The notes under the pieces: generated by a model
Told to the model about the DNA's origin: nothing
What the model saw: only the letters and a program-made list of their open reading frames with translations
Database searches by the model: none
NCBI RefSeq assembly: GCF_006345805.1
Contig: NC_043003.1
Span: 93,558,001-93,622,000 of the forward strand
Direction of reading: 5' to 3'
DNA: 64,000 nucleotides
Source of the DNA: Octopus sinensis
Taxonomy: Eukaryota
Made by a program: the position numbers and the translations under genes
In this document: positions 11,567-25,071 of the stretch, in pieces
Layout: every line of letters starts with the position of its first letter
Position numbering within the stretch: position 1 is the first letter of the stretch

Positions 11567-12452
11567 GTTTGTTTCCATGTGTTTGTTTTTATGTTTTCGT
11601 TTCTCATTGTGTTCAACGTTTTTTGAGGTCTTGTACCCATATATGCATGTATATATACATGTATATGTAGGTATGTACATATATGTATATATGCATATAT
11701 TTATATATTATTTATATTATTATATGATCCTCTGTATATCTCTCTCCCTTTCTTGTTCTTCATCCTTTCTGGTTTTCTCTCCCACCCTTCCATATTCTTC
11801 TCCTCTCCCATTCACCGTTCCCTCTCTCTTACTTCTCCTCCTCGACTCTCTCGTCGCTGATACGTGATCAATGGGAAGACATCTTTCCAACTGCTATCTT
11901 CACCAAGACCAGACCGCTTATCCTGTCTCTCTTATAAGCTGTCTCCTTAAACGTTCAGAATAATTTTTCCATCGTCTTGACTTAACAGCCCTCATCGTTT
12001 GTTTTTACTGTGTTATTCTCTTTGTCCTGTCTTTTACTGTTTTTACGTTTATTGTTTTTACTGTCTTGTTTTGTTCTTACTGTCCTGTTCTTGTTACCAC
12101 TTCTACCCCTCCGCAAAAATTTCCAAATTTTATCTAATTTGCTTTGTGGGAAGGACTGTTTCAACGAAGTCGCGTCTTCTCCTTACCTTCGAAACGCGGA
12201 GTAGATGAAACAGGGACAACTGAAGAAGGGGAATATTCCTAGTGTTATATATCTTGTACTCTGTTTTTTCATTGTTTGAAATAAAGTTCGTTTCCATGTT
12301 TTTGTTTTTATGTTTTCGTTTCTCATTGTGTTCAATGTTTTTTTTTATGTCCTGTACCCATATATGTATGTATATATGCATGTAGATGTAGGTATGTACA
12401 TATATGTATGTATATATGCACATATTTATATATTATTTATGTTATTATATGA
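11567..12452 (+). mobile_element. Non-coding PLE-like element with ~165-bp direct terminal repeats (pLTR-like)
   Basis: 11567-11730 is repeated at ~12290-12452. A CTGAAGA core lies at 12220-12226. Related termini occur at ~42340-42520 (-) and ~49990-50200 (-). Confidence 0.55.
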
Positions 12453-12481
12453 TCGAACGCCACGCATCCTTTTCCAAGTAA

Positions 12482-12520
<39 letters not shown>

Positions 12521-12531
12521 ATATATATATA

Positions 12532-12573
<42 letters not shown>

Positions 12574-12685
12574 ATATATATATATAGTTAATCCAAACAA
12601 GAAACCACAAAAAACACACAACAACGCGAGGACGTGGAGCAAATAAAGTATTATTGGACGCTCAGGAAAGAAGGGAAGAAGGAGG

Positions 12686-12720
12686 GTTTAACGTTTCGAG
12701 CGGAGCTCTTCGTCGGAAAT
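12686..12720 (-). ncRNA. Minimal hammerhead-like motif (variant core) in a PLE terminus
   Basis: TTT CCGACGA A GAGC-tcc-GCTC GAAA CGTT AAA. The core is a U4>C variant and stem III is palindromic (AACGTT). Confidence 0.5.
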
Positions 12721-12756
12721 ATAGAAGGAAAGATCCCGAAAAGGGAAGACAGAGGA

Positions 12757-12795
<39 letters not shown>

Positions 12796-12866
12796 ATATA
12801 CAATAATGTTACATTACTCGATAGTCAAGATAAAACTCTGAGTTTCAGATGCCGAAGTGGAAATCC

Positions 12867-13031
<165 letters not shown>

Positions 13032-13155
13032 AGAGAGAGAGAGAGATACATACGTATGTATGTACTATGTATGTATGTATGTATGCAAGTATGTATGTAT
13101 TTGTCAGCATGTTGATCTGACTGCATATATATTTATATATTTATCAGCCGAGCAA

Positions 13156-13210
<55 letters not shown>

Positions 13211-13646
13211 GTGCTCGTCAATCAATCTATCTTTATGCCAAACTCCCTACGGTCTATACCTCCGTTCTCTGCGTATTGACATACCAAAAATATTAACTTC
13301 TGCCACCCATCCAGCCATCGAGCCAAACACCCTGCCAGCCGCCCTCCTACCCTTCCAAGCCCTACCATCCCACCCGTCAGTCATCTAACACTAAACCGAT
13401 CACCCCTACCCGAATTCTCTCACACCCCTACCCGCACTCCACTGCACCTTCTACCATCTGTTCTGTAAGAAAGATTTCTAAACATTCTCGCCTTCTACAC
13501 GTGTCTCTCTATCAAGTCAATCTGAACAGTTTGTTTACGCCTGACGCTCTGCTTCTCTCCCTCCCTCCCTCCCTCCTTCTTTCTCTCCGTCCCTTCTTCC
13601 CTCTCTCACTCTGTCTCTCTGTCTTTCTCTCTTTGTGTCTATCTTT

Positions 13647-13690
<44 letters not shown>

Positions 13691-13842
13691 TCATCGTCGT
13701 CAGTACGATAATTACAAAACTGCCACACGCATCACCTTGACCTACCAGCAACTCCGGCAACCACCACAACCACCACCAGGTAGAGGAAGAAAGAGAGAAG
13801 AGAAAGAGAGAGGGGAGAGGAAGAAGACATATAAAGAAAAGA

Positions 13843-13852
13843 TGTCTGTCTG

Positions 13853-13907
<55 letters not shown>

Positions 13908-13910
13908 GTA

Positions 13911-13981
<71 letters not shown>

Positions 13982-14010
13982 ATGTTTGTATGTCTATCTA
14001 TCTATCTATA

Positions 14011-14061
<51 letters not shown>

Positions 14062-14092
14062 ATGTCTGTCTGTCTGGCTATCTATCTATCTA
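13843..14092. repeat. (TCTA)n/(TCTG)n microsatellite
   Basis: Direct reading of the sequence. Confidence 0.95.
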
Positions 14093-14258
14093 TATTCATA
14101 TGCATGCGTGTGTATGTGTTTATGTTTGTGTGCGTGCGTGAAATACATACATATGCATATGTTTGTATATATATATATATATACGTTGATATATTCGTTT
14201 TGCAAGATTCTTGATGTGAATTCGTGTGTTGAAATAGATATTGTTGAATTTGGAGACG

Positions 14259-16975
14259 GCCATTTTATATCCCTCTGCGTGTCTTTATTTGCGTGTGCGT
14301 ATATCCCTGTGTGTGTCTATGTTTAATAAATGTGTGTGTGGGAATGTGTATGGAACCTGCATTATCGGTATCCCCTGTTTATTCACGTTCGTTTAATTTG
14401 CTTCTATTTATTTTATTCATTTGTTTTTATCTACTTACTTTTTCATTTCTTTCTCTCTTTTTGTATTCATTTAATTTAATATATTTTATTTTGTTTATGT
14501 TTATAATTATTTAATTCAATTTATTTATCTGTCTATTTTATTAGTTTCATATTATTATTAGTTTATGGGGATCTCATTCTGTCATAGTTGTGGTGTGTGT
14601 GTGTGTAGGGGGCTCTAGTGTTCCATTCTAGTTTTCTATTTAGGCCAAGTTTATCATCTATTATGTGTGTAGCTTCTGTAATTTGTCTAAGCGTTGCGTC
14701 CAATGCTCATTTACCCGTCTCTTGTGCTCCGTGTTGTCTTCCTTATACATAATTTCCTTGTTTCTGCACCGTCCCTCTGTACATCTTATACTATAGACTA
14801 CATTCCAAGCTTTACAGTTTGTTTGTGGGCTAAATCTACATACAATAGAGCTCCTGTCAGTACAGTGGTTCAATTAAAAGGGTAGCTTCTACTGATTAGG
14901 GATTTGATAGGGTTTCCTGGCCTTTCTACAAACTTAATTCTTAGCTTAAGCTTTTCTAGGACCCTTCTAAAGCGGTACGCAAATTCACCTCTAGGGGTGC
15001 TGTCGATGAACATGACAATCTGTTATTTGTGGCTATCATACCATGAGTTAGCCTTCCCTATTTTCTTAGTCCTTTCAATGGTATTCCATGACTTGCTCCT
15101 ATAGAGTGGTCAAATCCCATTCCTATCGTTACGTATGATAGTTTCAAATTTCCTCATGGCTCCTTTGTATACTCTGATCCTTTCTCTATGGCTGTATCCT
15201 GAGAACTGCATGCAGTGAACGAAATATTGTATGTGTATCTTTAACTTTGCAGGGTCGCACATGTGGGACACATTTCTCATTACTCTGATGAGATCTGCCA
15301 TCAATAATATCGAATTTGGCATTGTTCGCGATAGCTGAGTTCCAGTGGATCAGGTATTTGGAGGCCATAGGTTTGGCACAGTGTGAATGGAGGATTTAGG
15401 TTTTATTTTTCAGTTTCCAGCCAGAGTTCTGTATCTAGTACTGGTAGTCTATGGCTAGGGTGTTTCGTAAAGTCTATCGTGACCTTAGTACTCTAGTGGA
15501 TGGAGTTTGCTATTTGCTGGATGCTCTCTATGTATTAGTTTCTATTTCTATATCAAGGGTATTCTCTTGTTGGGGTGCTTTTACCACTATGTTGATATGA
15601 TCGACATAGCGGGAGTACATGTTGATGAGTATAGAGTTTTGTGCCAGGTATTCTGTAAGCCTCCTGTCCCACTATACCGTGAAAAGGTTAGCCACATCAC
15701 CGGCGATGTTAACCCCTCATCCTAGACATATATTTTGTTGTTAAACTTAAACGTGTGGCCTTTTAGGGCAACTCTTATACTAGCTCCTAGTGTATGTGCG
15801 ATCATTTTCTTTACTTGATACTGGTTTTCGAGAGTCCGTATGGCTCTGGTCCATCTGGTCCATCTCTCTATATGGATCTTCCTAGCCATAGATGTAATTG
15901 TAGGGGGTCTACCTCTTAAACGTTTACTGGGGCAGAGACTTCTAATGTCATATTTGTCTAGATATTCACTGTCATATGTCAGTCTAAGTAGGAGGCCCAG
16001 TTCCTCTGTGTTGACACTGCGGAACTCTACTTCGCTTTCGCTGATCATCTCCACGCACTTCTACGTCGATGGGTGGGTATAGGGATACCACATCCGTGCT
16101 ACCCACTATACAACCTGACAGGTCGCAGGTGTTGATACAGTCGTTGATCCTGCTGAGGAGATCTTCCGTGCTGTCACAAACATCTGGTAACATCTGGATT
16201 ATGGAGCATATGATCATTGAGAGGAAGTAGGAGATCCTGTAGTTGCTAGCGATATTCGCACCGCAGACTGATCTTGGTGATCCCGCCATTGGATTGATGG
16301 TTATTTTGTGGTCCTTGCAGAGTCTATACAGCGTCAGGATATCGTTGTTCCAGGCTTGGAAATTGTTGGCCGTGCGTTTCTGAGGTCCCGGAACAATTGT
16401 CCACATCATGGACCTTTTCTCTCTCCTCATGCGCCTGTAAAGTTGTTACTTTCATATTGGCGATGTGAGGTTGCATTGCCTAATAATAATATGAAACTCA
16501 TACAATAGACAAATAGATATATTGAATTAAATAATTATATACATAAACAAAAGAAAATAGATTAAATTGAATTAAATTAATACAAAAAAAGAAAGAAATG
16601 AAAAATAAGTAGATAAAAATGAATAAAATAAATAAAAGTAAATTAAATGAACGCGAATAAACAGGAGATACTAATAATGCAGGTACCATACACATTCTCA
16701 CACACACACTTACTAAACATAGACACACAGGGATATACGCATGCGCAAATAAAGACACATACAATAGGAATACAAAATGGCAGATCGTTAGGAAGGGGAG
16801 ACACAAAAAAGAAAGAAGAAAGCAAAGGACCACTGATGAGGTCACAGAAGTGTGACGAAAGAACTGTGGTCGAAATACAGCTAATATAAAATAAAGCTGA
16901 AGTAAATGAACACCAAAAATATATATAGTGCGTATGTTTTCGTTGGCTAAACTATCAAAATGACCATCCACGAAT
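14259..16975 (-). mobile_element. Penelope-like retroelement (RT plus GIY-YIG endonuclease, degenerate) with an inverted terminal-repeat copy at its 5' end
   Basis: Minus-strand motifs in order: LYRLCKDHK; STEDLL; GSTDVVSLYPPI; HTFKFNNKIY; YSRYVDHI (YVDD-like); LPVLDTELW; KPMAS; MQFSGY; then NVVYSIRC--C-----Y...R-NEH (GIY-YIG). 14259-14560 and 16481-16781 are diverged inverted repeats. Many stops and frameshifts. Confidence 0.9.
16828..16871 (+). ncRNA. Minimal type I hammerhead ribozyme motif in the inverted pLTR
   Basis: GACCA CTGATGA G GTCAC-agaagt-GTGAC GAAA GAAC T G TGGTC. Perfect 5-bp stems I and II and a canonical core, but G at the cleavage position. Confidence 0.65.
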
Positions 16976-16978
16976 GCA

Positions 16979-17337
16979 CTTTTTACTTGTTTCAGTCATT
17001 ATTTGACTGCGGCCAGGCTGGGGCACTGCCTTCAAAGGTTTTAGTCGAAAAAATATATCACAGGACTTATATCTATTTAAGCGTGGTACTCTTTTCCCGA
17101 GCCGCTAGTTTACAGAGACGTAAACAAACTAGCACCTGTCGTCAAGCGGTTATGAGAAACAAGCATATATTCAAACACATGCATACATATATACTCGATG
17201 GGCTTTTTTTTCAGTTCCCATCTACCTAATCCACAAGGCTATAGTAGAAGACACAAGCCCAAGATGTCACGCTGTGGGACTGAACCCGGAACTATGTAGT
17301 TGGGAAGCAATTTTCTTACCACACAGTCACGCCTGCA
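16979..17337 (-). mobile_element. SINE family A, diverged
   Basis: Same segments as 6582-7033. Confidence 0.8.
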
Positions 17338-17341
17338 TATA

Positions 17342-17690
17342 CAGGGATTGGACAAAAATAATAGAAACACCTTAGAATTCCAAACAAATTTATTTTGGCA
17401 ATGATTACATCTTGAATTCTACGAGGTATGGACTCGTACAAAGTTTGAATTGTTTCCAAAAGAATTTTTGTCCATTCTTCAGCTAAAACAGTCTCCAGCT
17501 CTTGTAGTGATGATGGTGAAGAATATCGGCTCCTTACTTGTTTTTCTAAAATGCACCATAAATGTTCAATAATATTGAGATCTGGGGACTGTGGCCATTC
17601 AGTGACAACTTTAGTTGTGAGAATTTGTGCATCCTGAAAGATTACGTTTCCCTTCGGAAACAGTCCTGCAACCATATGATGAATTTGATC
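17342..17690 (-). mobile_element. Tc1-like transposase C-terminal fragment plus TIR
   Basis: WPQSPDLNIIEHLW...SSLQELETVLAEEWTKI...LYESIPRRIQDVIIAK. Terminus TA-CAGGGATTGGACAAAAATAATAGAAACACC. Confidence 0.9.
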
Positions 17691-17714
17691 AGATAAAATG
17701 CTTAACTAAACTCA

Positions 17715-17751
<37 letters not shown>

Positions 17752-18103
17752 CACATACACACACATACACACACACATACACACAAAATGGATAGATGTT
17801 TTGTGTGCGTGTGTGTGTGTGCAAGTATGTAGTTATGAATGTATGTAATGCATGCTTGTAAGCATGTGTGTGTGTGTGTGTGTGGGTGTGTGTGTGTGGG
17901 TGTGTGTGTGTGTGTGTGTGTGTATTCGTGATTGATGGCGACATTGAACAAACTGAATAAACATATATCTCTCTTTCACCATAAGAGAGATATTTTCTCC
18001 GCGCTAATTGTAGCGTTTTTGCCTTTTGGCAGTTGAAATATATCAAAAACATATTTTAACTAATTTTGCTTATGCCTAAACACTGCTTGGCGCTAACATT
18101 TCG

Positions 18104-18162
<59 letters not shown>

Positions 18163-18166
18163 ATAT

Positions 18167-18535
18167 TGTGCCAAATTTTGGCATTGAAAGCTACACCAAT
18201 GCCAGAACGGGACGACACTGCATAGTGCCAAAGATCCCAGCAATACCATCACGCTTCGGGACCAGTTACTGCAAAAGCCTGGGTTTCAAGGGCCCACAGC
18301 TTTTTAATATTCTCCCAAAGAGTCTGAGGAAGTTGCACAAACTAGATGTAGGGGTTTTTATATCAAAGCTGGACCTCTTCCTGTCGACAGTCCCAGATGA
18401 ACCTACCTCACGGCAAGAGGTGCAAATGAGGATAGCTATATCAAACTCCATTGTTCACCAAGTGCCACATATTAGAAGAGGCTGTAGCAAAACGGCGGTG
18501 AATCAGCATCGCCGCAGCTCTGAGCTGAAACTAGT
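18167..18535 (+). mobile_element. CR1/Jockey-group LINE ORF2 C-terminal fragment
   Basis: KGPQLFNILPKSLR...VGVFISKLDLFLSTVPDEP...AISNSIVHQ is typical of the post-RT C-terminus of CR1-like LINEs. Confidence 0.8.
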
Positions 18536-18899
18536 GAGAATATATATATATATATATACAACGAGCTTCTTTCAGTTTCTGTCTACCAAATTCACTCACA
18601 AGGATTTGGTCGGCCCGACGCTGTAGTAGAAGACACTTGGCCAAGGTGCCACACAATGAGACTGAATCCGGAATCATGTTGTTTGGAAGCAAACAAAAAT
18701 ATTATTGATAGTGACTTCGAAGTTCCTGTCTGCTAAGCCGTCGTTGGACTGTTGACGACGGTTTAGCGGGACGAAACTTTTCAGTCACCGTCAATATTTT
18801 GGTCTAAGAATAATAATTTGTTCTCTACAAAAGTATAAAGTAACTCTTCAGATTAATGTAAATTTTTTTTATTATAACTGATCATAAAAACAAGCATTA

Positions 18900-18900
<1 letters not shown>

Positions 18901-18993
<93 letters not shown>
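18901..18993. repeat. (TG)n microsatellite
   Basis: Direct reading of the sequence. Confidence 0.95.
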
Positions 18994-18996
<3 letters not shown>

Positions 18997-19364
18997 CAGA
19001 GAGAGGGGGAGGGGATTGGGTAATAAAAGAATAGAAAAGGAAAGAAAAACGAAAGAAGAAAAGCTGAGATGATACGAAGAGACGAAGGAATAAGACGTGC
19101 GTGTAATGCAGAAAGGGTTGGGAAGTGGTGAGCAGTGGTGGGTAGAAGAGGGTGGTCTGTAGAGGGAGAGGGTGGTTCAAAATATGTGGGAGGGAGAATA
19201 GGGCAGAGGATGGGAGGAGAGGAAAGACGGCTAAATAGGTAGTTACGTTTCTGGGTAGGTGGGGAGGTAGGGAGGAGGGGGGTACATGAGTGGGAGTAAG
19301 AGAGGGTGTGTAGAGGGTGGAAAGAGAAGGAGGGATATATGCTTGTGTGTGGGAAGTCAAACAA

Positions 19365-20210
<846 letters not shown>

Positions 20211-20425
20211 ATGTTTCTTTATTAGCCACACAGGGCTGCACACAGATAGAACAAATTACAAGGTAGAGCTTTTCGATAGATAGATAGATAGATAGATAGA
20301 TAAAAAGATGGAGATAAATAGATAGAGAAGAGAGAAAGAGAGAAGTGAAAGGGGAGGGCTAGAGATGGGAATGGGGAAAATAAATGTGTGTGTTAGCATG
20401 TGTGCGTGTGTGTGTGTTTGTGTGC

Positions 20426-20473
<48 letters not shown>

Positions 20474-20527
20474 AAAGGAGATACTGAGACAATAAGGTGG
20501 TGAAATATAAATATATGTATATATATG

Positions 20528-20560
<33 letters not shown>

Positions 20561-20711
20561 GAATAATGTGAAGTAGAGAGGTAGTGGTTGGGGTTGAGAA
20601 AGAGAGAGAGAAGGAGAGAGAAGGAGAAAGAGAGAATATGTTGGAATGAGATAGAGAGAATTAGAGGAGGAAATGAGAGGCTGAGAATTAGAGGGTTAAG
20701 GAGAGAGAAGC

Positions 20712-20746
<35 letters not shown>

Positions 20747-21396
20747 CAGACAGAGGTACAGACAGAGAAAGAGAAATTAAAAGAAATTGAGATAGATGAA
20801 TAGACAGACAGAGAGACAGACAGACGGACAGATAAATGAAGAGAGAGAGAGAGAGGGGGGAGAAAGAGAGAGAAAGAGAGAGAGAGAGTGGGGATTAATA
20901 GTTGAATGGTTTGCTGAAAAATAAACAGAAATAAGGGAGGACTAAGAAAGACAGAAAGGTGGACAAGGTTGCTGTTGTTGTTTAGGCGCAGTTTAGCCCC
21001 GAATGACCAGCCCTACCATCAGAGGTACTCCATCCGTGACCACTCTGTCTTTTTTTTTTTCTTTCTATATGAAGAGAACCCAGTTATATTTTATCAAACG
21101 CAATACCTTTTTGTAAGTCCGGGACGGTAAGATGTGGTTTCAAAGAAATTTGACTGCACTTTCCAGCATGTCGCATGGTTGGCTCGAGAGAGAGAAGAAG
21201 GAGGGGGCATAGATGGGGGGGGGAGAAAAAAAAGGGAAAAGAAGATAAAGAGCGGAAAGAGAGTGAGAGGAATGTCGAGAAAGAAGAGATGTGTGACTAC
21301 GTGTGCGTGTATAATATAATATTATACATACATACATGTATATATACATATATATTATATATATATAGTCAATAAAAAAGGGTATAAAGTAATATA

Positions 21397-21428
<32 letters not shown>

Positions 21429-21463
21429 CACCACACACATATATATATATAACATATATATAT

Positions 21464-21546
<83 letters not shown>

Positions 21547-22184
21547 ATATATATATATATGTGTGGTGTGTGTGTGTGTATGCATAGAAAAAACACATGC
21601 GCATTAATATGTACTTATATATACACACATATAAATATATGATATACAGTTACATATACACACACGCGCATGTGTATATTTATCTATAAATATGTGTGTG
21701 TGTGTTTGTGTGGTGTGTGTGTGTGTGTGTGTGTGTGTAAGTATATATATAGACATGCATATGTATGTATGAATGCATGTATGCGCGCACGTGTGTATGA
21801 GTTTATGTTCAGGAAAAAAGGTGGTGGCCGAAGATGTGATCGAGGGAAATGGTAGGTGCGAGGTAGTGGAAGTGGTGAAGAATAGAGTTCTGGGTGTGAA
21901 AGGGAGTATGTTGGGTGGACGGATGGTTGGGTGTGGTTGTTAGTTGGGGGTGGGGAAAGAGGGGAAAGAGGAGGTGGGGGAGAAGTAAGTCAATATATAT
22001 ATAAATAAGGCGATGACATTAACTGCAATAACAAACTTAAGACATCACTTTGGTTAAAGCCGTCATCAAATCAAATAGAAACGTCAATAACAACAACAAC
22101 TACAACAATCATATATTATATATTACAACTTCAACACCAACAACGGTAACAACACCGACGAAATCACATTGTACGACCCTGCTA

Positions 22185-22410
22185 CCCTGCTAGAAATAGC
22201 AACCAAATTCCTTTCACAGCCACACCTCTGTCTTGATATAGAAAGGAAAAAAGGACACGTTTTTTTTTTCTTTTTTCTTTTTTCTTTTTGGATAATAGCC
22301 GTGATATTATCTGAAAATAAGATGGAATGATCATGAATGGATTGTCTTCGATCATAATAGATCTACTCGGTCCGGACTGACCCGGGGCTAAGCAACAACA
22401 ACAACAATAA
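22185..22410 (+). mobile_element. Old dispersed repeat (SINE/LINE-tail-like) ending in (AAC)n
   Basis: CTGCTAGAAATAGC..CCAAAT ... GATCATA ... GGGGCTAA.CAACAACAAC. Related copies at ~20975-21190 (-), 23175-23445, 40710-40895, 45250-45450, 55570-55700 and 60745-60920. Confidence 0.6.
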
Positions 22411-22449
22411 CAACGAACAGCATCAGCAGCGAACACTTGTAACATACTA

Positions 22450-22494
<45 letters not shown>

Positions 22495-23479
22495 GAAACG
22501 TTGTAGTAGAAACAAATAACAATAATAATAGAACTAATAGCACTATTACAATAACTCTTATTGCTATTAGGTAACAACAGCAATTAGTAATATAAAAAAA
22601 CTCTGTGACTTGTATTACAACAATAACGTCAACAACGATTGGTAATACTGCTTCAGCTGCTGCTGCTGCTGCTGTTATTAAGCTTGCAATAATTATAATG
22701 ACCATATCAATAACAGTGTAAATACCACCAGGCTGCTGGGAATGTGCCGGTCACTGAAGCTGCTCGAAACAGTAACCTAATCTACTTTAAATCACTCTTT
22801 GATATCTCTCTTGGGAAAAGAGGAATATTTCGGATGAAGTCAGTATATTTGAAAGAAGGGGGTAAAAGAAAAAGAAAACAAGGATGCCTAGAATACATTT
22901 GTTCATAAACCTGTTCAGTCAAGTCTGACATGGGGCTCGACGACAGCAACAATAATAACAACAACAACACACACGAGTATCTGAAGAAAGGAGAAATTAT
23001 TACTACATTTACTATATCAATAATTAAGGGGTTAAAAACTACGTTAATTGTAACATTTGCATAAGGAGGTTATATCAGGTGTAAGAAAAACAATTTACAG
23101 CAAAAGCGAAACAATAATAGCTAAACTGACATCAAGAATTATAACAAACAACACGAAACTAACGAAGGTGCCTCTACGTAGTTTCTTGACCTGCTAGAAA
23201 CAACAGCTAAATCTCTCGGAAAACACTTTATTTTCTAACAAACAAAAAAGAGAAAAAAGGAAAGAAAAGGAGAGATATATAAAGGCTAACGAAGTCTTAA
23301 ACTATACTAGCATATGAATGAAAGTCCGAGTGGTCGCGGTTAGGACGTCTTTTGTCTTGGGGTCTGTCAGTTTGATCCCTTGTCACATTTTGATCATTGT
23401 TACAGCACTGAGGCTAAAATAACAACTGCTACAACAACAACAACAACGTGCACTAGTTACGGCGACAATATTAATTAAA

Positions 23480-23810
23480 TACATAATAAACTGCGTCACC
23501 ACTACTTCCACCAGCACTACAGCTACTACTCCAATTCACTTACAGTACGTCGCCGGCGTAGCCTTCATCACCACCACCACCACGTGAAAGAGAATGTGAA
23601 GAACAGTAATAAAACAAATACACCACCACCCCGATTCATAAAGCAACAACAGATTAAGCCACTTCCACCACAACAACAACAACAGCAACAGCAGCAGCAA
23701 CAGCAGCAGTAGCAGCTTACGGTGGAAGCTGCACCGGTTGCTGCGGTGGAGGAGATTTGAGAAGAAAGTTTAAGGAAAGAGAAAAGTTAAATATATTTGG
23801 CCAGAGAAAG
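23480..23810 (+). other. Possible 5' UTR exon of the ML-domain gene (start uncertain)
   Basis: Unique sequence ending in the donor-like AGAAAG|GTGTGT at 23810/23811, ~185 bp before the acceptor TTAG| at 23995. No transcript data. Confidence 0.35.
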
Positions 23811-23869
23811 GTGTGTCTATCAGATTCATAATCGATCGATTTACCGGTTTATTTATCTACCGGGTTACT

Positions 23870-23967
<98 letters not shown>

Positions 23968-24012
23968 CCTATTTATCTCGTATTGTATTAATTAGTGCTG
24001 ACTTACATCACC

Positions 24013-24118
24013 ATGAAAAGTTTCGTCACTTTATTTATCCTCCTTCTGCTGGAACTAAATAAAACTTTTGCTGGAAAGAGAAGACAAGAGAGGTCTGTGC
24101 TTCGCTTCGCTGACTGCG
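24013..24118 (+). CDS. GM2-activator-like / ML-domain secreted lipid-binding protein, coding exon 1 (signal peptide)
   Basis: Acceptor TTAG| at 23995 and ATG in a good context (ACCATG). Encodes MKSFVTLFILLLLELNKTFAGKRRQERSVLRFADC-G, i.e. a hydrophobic signal peptide plus the F-x-D-C-G start of ML domains. Donor GTGAGT at 24119, phase 1. Confidence 0.85.
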
Positions 24119-24137
24119 GTGAGTTAACCTTGGATTA

Positions 24138-24172
<35 letters not shown>

Positions 24173-24212
24173 TATCTATCTATCATCTATCTATATATAT
24201 ATATATATATAT

Positions 24213-24257
<45 letters not shown>

Positions 24258-24415
24258 CTATCTATCTGTCTGTATGTCTGTCTATCTATCTATCTACATA
24301 TATTTATCTATCTATCTGTCTGTCTGTCTGTCTCTTTTGTATTTATCTGTCTGTCTCTGTCTGTCTATCTATCTATCTGTCTGTTTGTCTGTCTGTCTGT
24401 CTTTCTATTTATCTG

Positions 24416-24474
<59 letters not shown>

Positions 24475-24571
24475 CTATCTGTCTATCTGTCTGTCTCTCT
24501 ACCTATCTAGCTAGCTATGCTTTTGTGTATTGTGAGTGTGTGTGTGTTTGCGCGCGTGTAAGTGTGCTTGA

Positions 24572-24879
24572 GGGTACGTGGATTAGTGGTTAGGCTATTA
24601 GGCCCACTTGAGTTCTATTTCTGGTGGCGCGTTGTGCCCTTAAGCAAGACACTTTACCTAACGTTACTTCACTTCACTCAGCTGGCAAAAATGAGTTGTA
24701 CCTACAACTCAAAGTACCAGTCTTGTCACGTTCTGTGTAATACTGAATCCCCCTTACAACTACGTTAAGAGAACACGTGTTTTTGTGTAGTGCTCAGACA
24801 CGTGCCCGTTAATTTCACAAGCAGGCTGTTCCGTTGATCGGATCAATTGGAACACTCGTTGTCGTAGCCGACGGAGTGC

Positions 24880-24881
<2 letters not shown>
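24572..24881 (+). mobile_element. SINE family D
   Basis: Matches the reverse complement of 7683-8003. Confidence 0.8.
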
Positions 24882-24927
<46 letters not shown>

Positions 24928-25025
24928 CATGCACACACAGGAATGCTTCGATGTTAGTATATGACGTCTGTAATACGCGAGTGTGTGTGTATGTGCGTGG
25001 GACAATCTTTCGTTAAAAGTTTATG

Positions 25026-25071
<46 letters not shown>

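Noticed and set aside
13300-13790. Unique C-rich stretch with TGTTTAC/TGACG motifs and a CAG|GTAGAG site as a possible promoter or first exon
   Set aside because: Short motifs like these are expected by chance; no supporting evidence.
23995-24510. 171-aa single-exon ORF
   Set aside because: Only 24013-24118 is coding; the rest is read-through past the GTGAGT donor into microsatellite.
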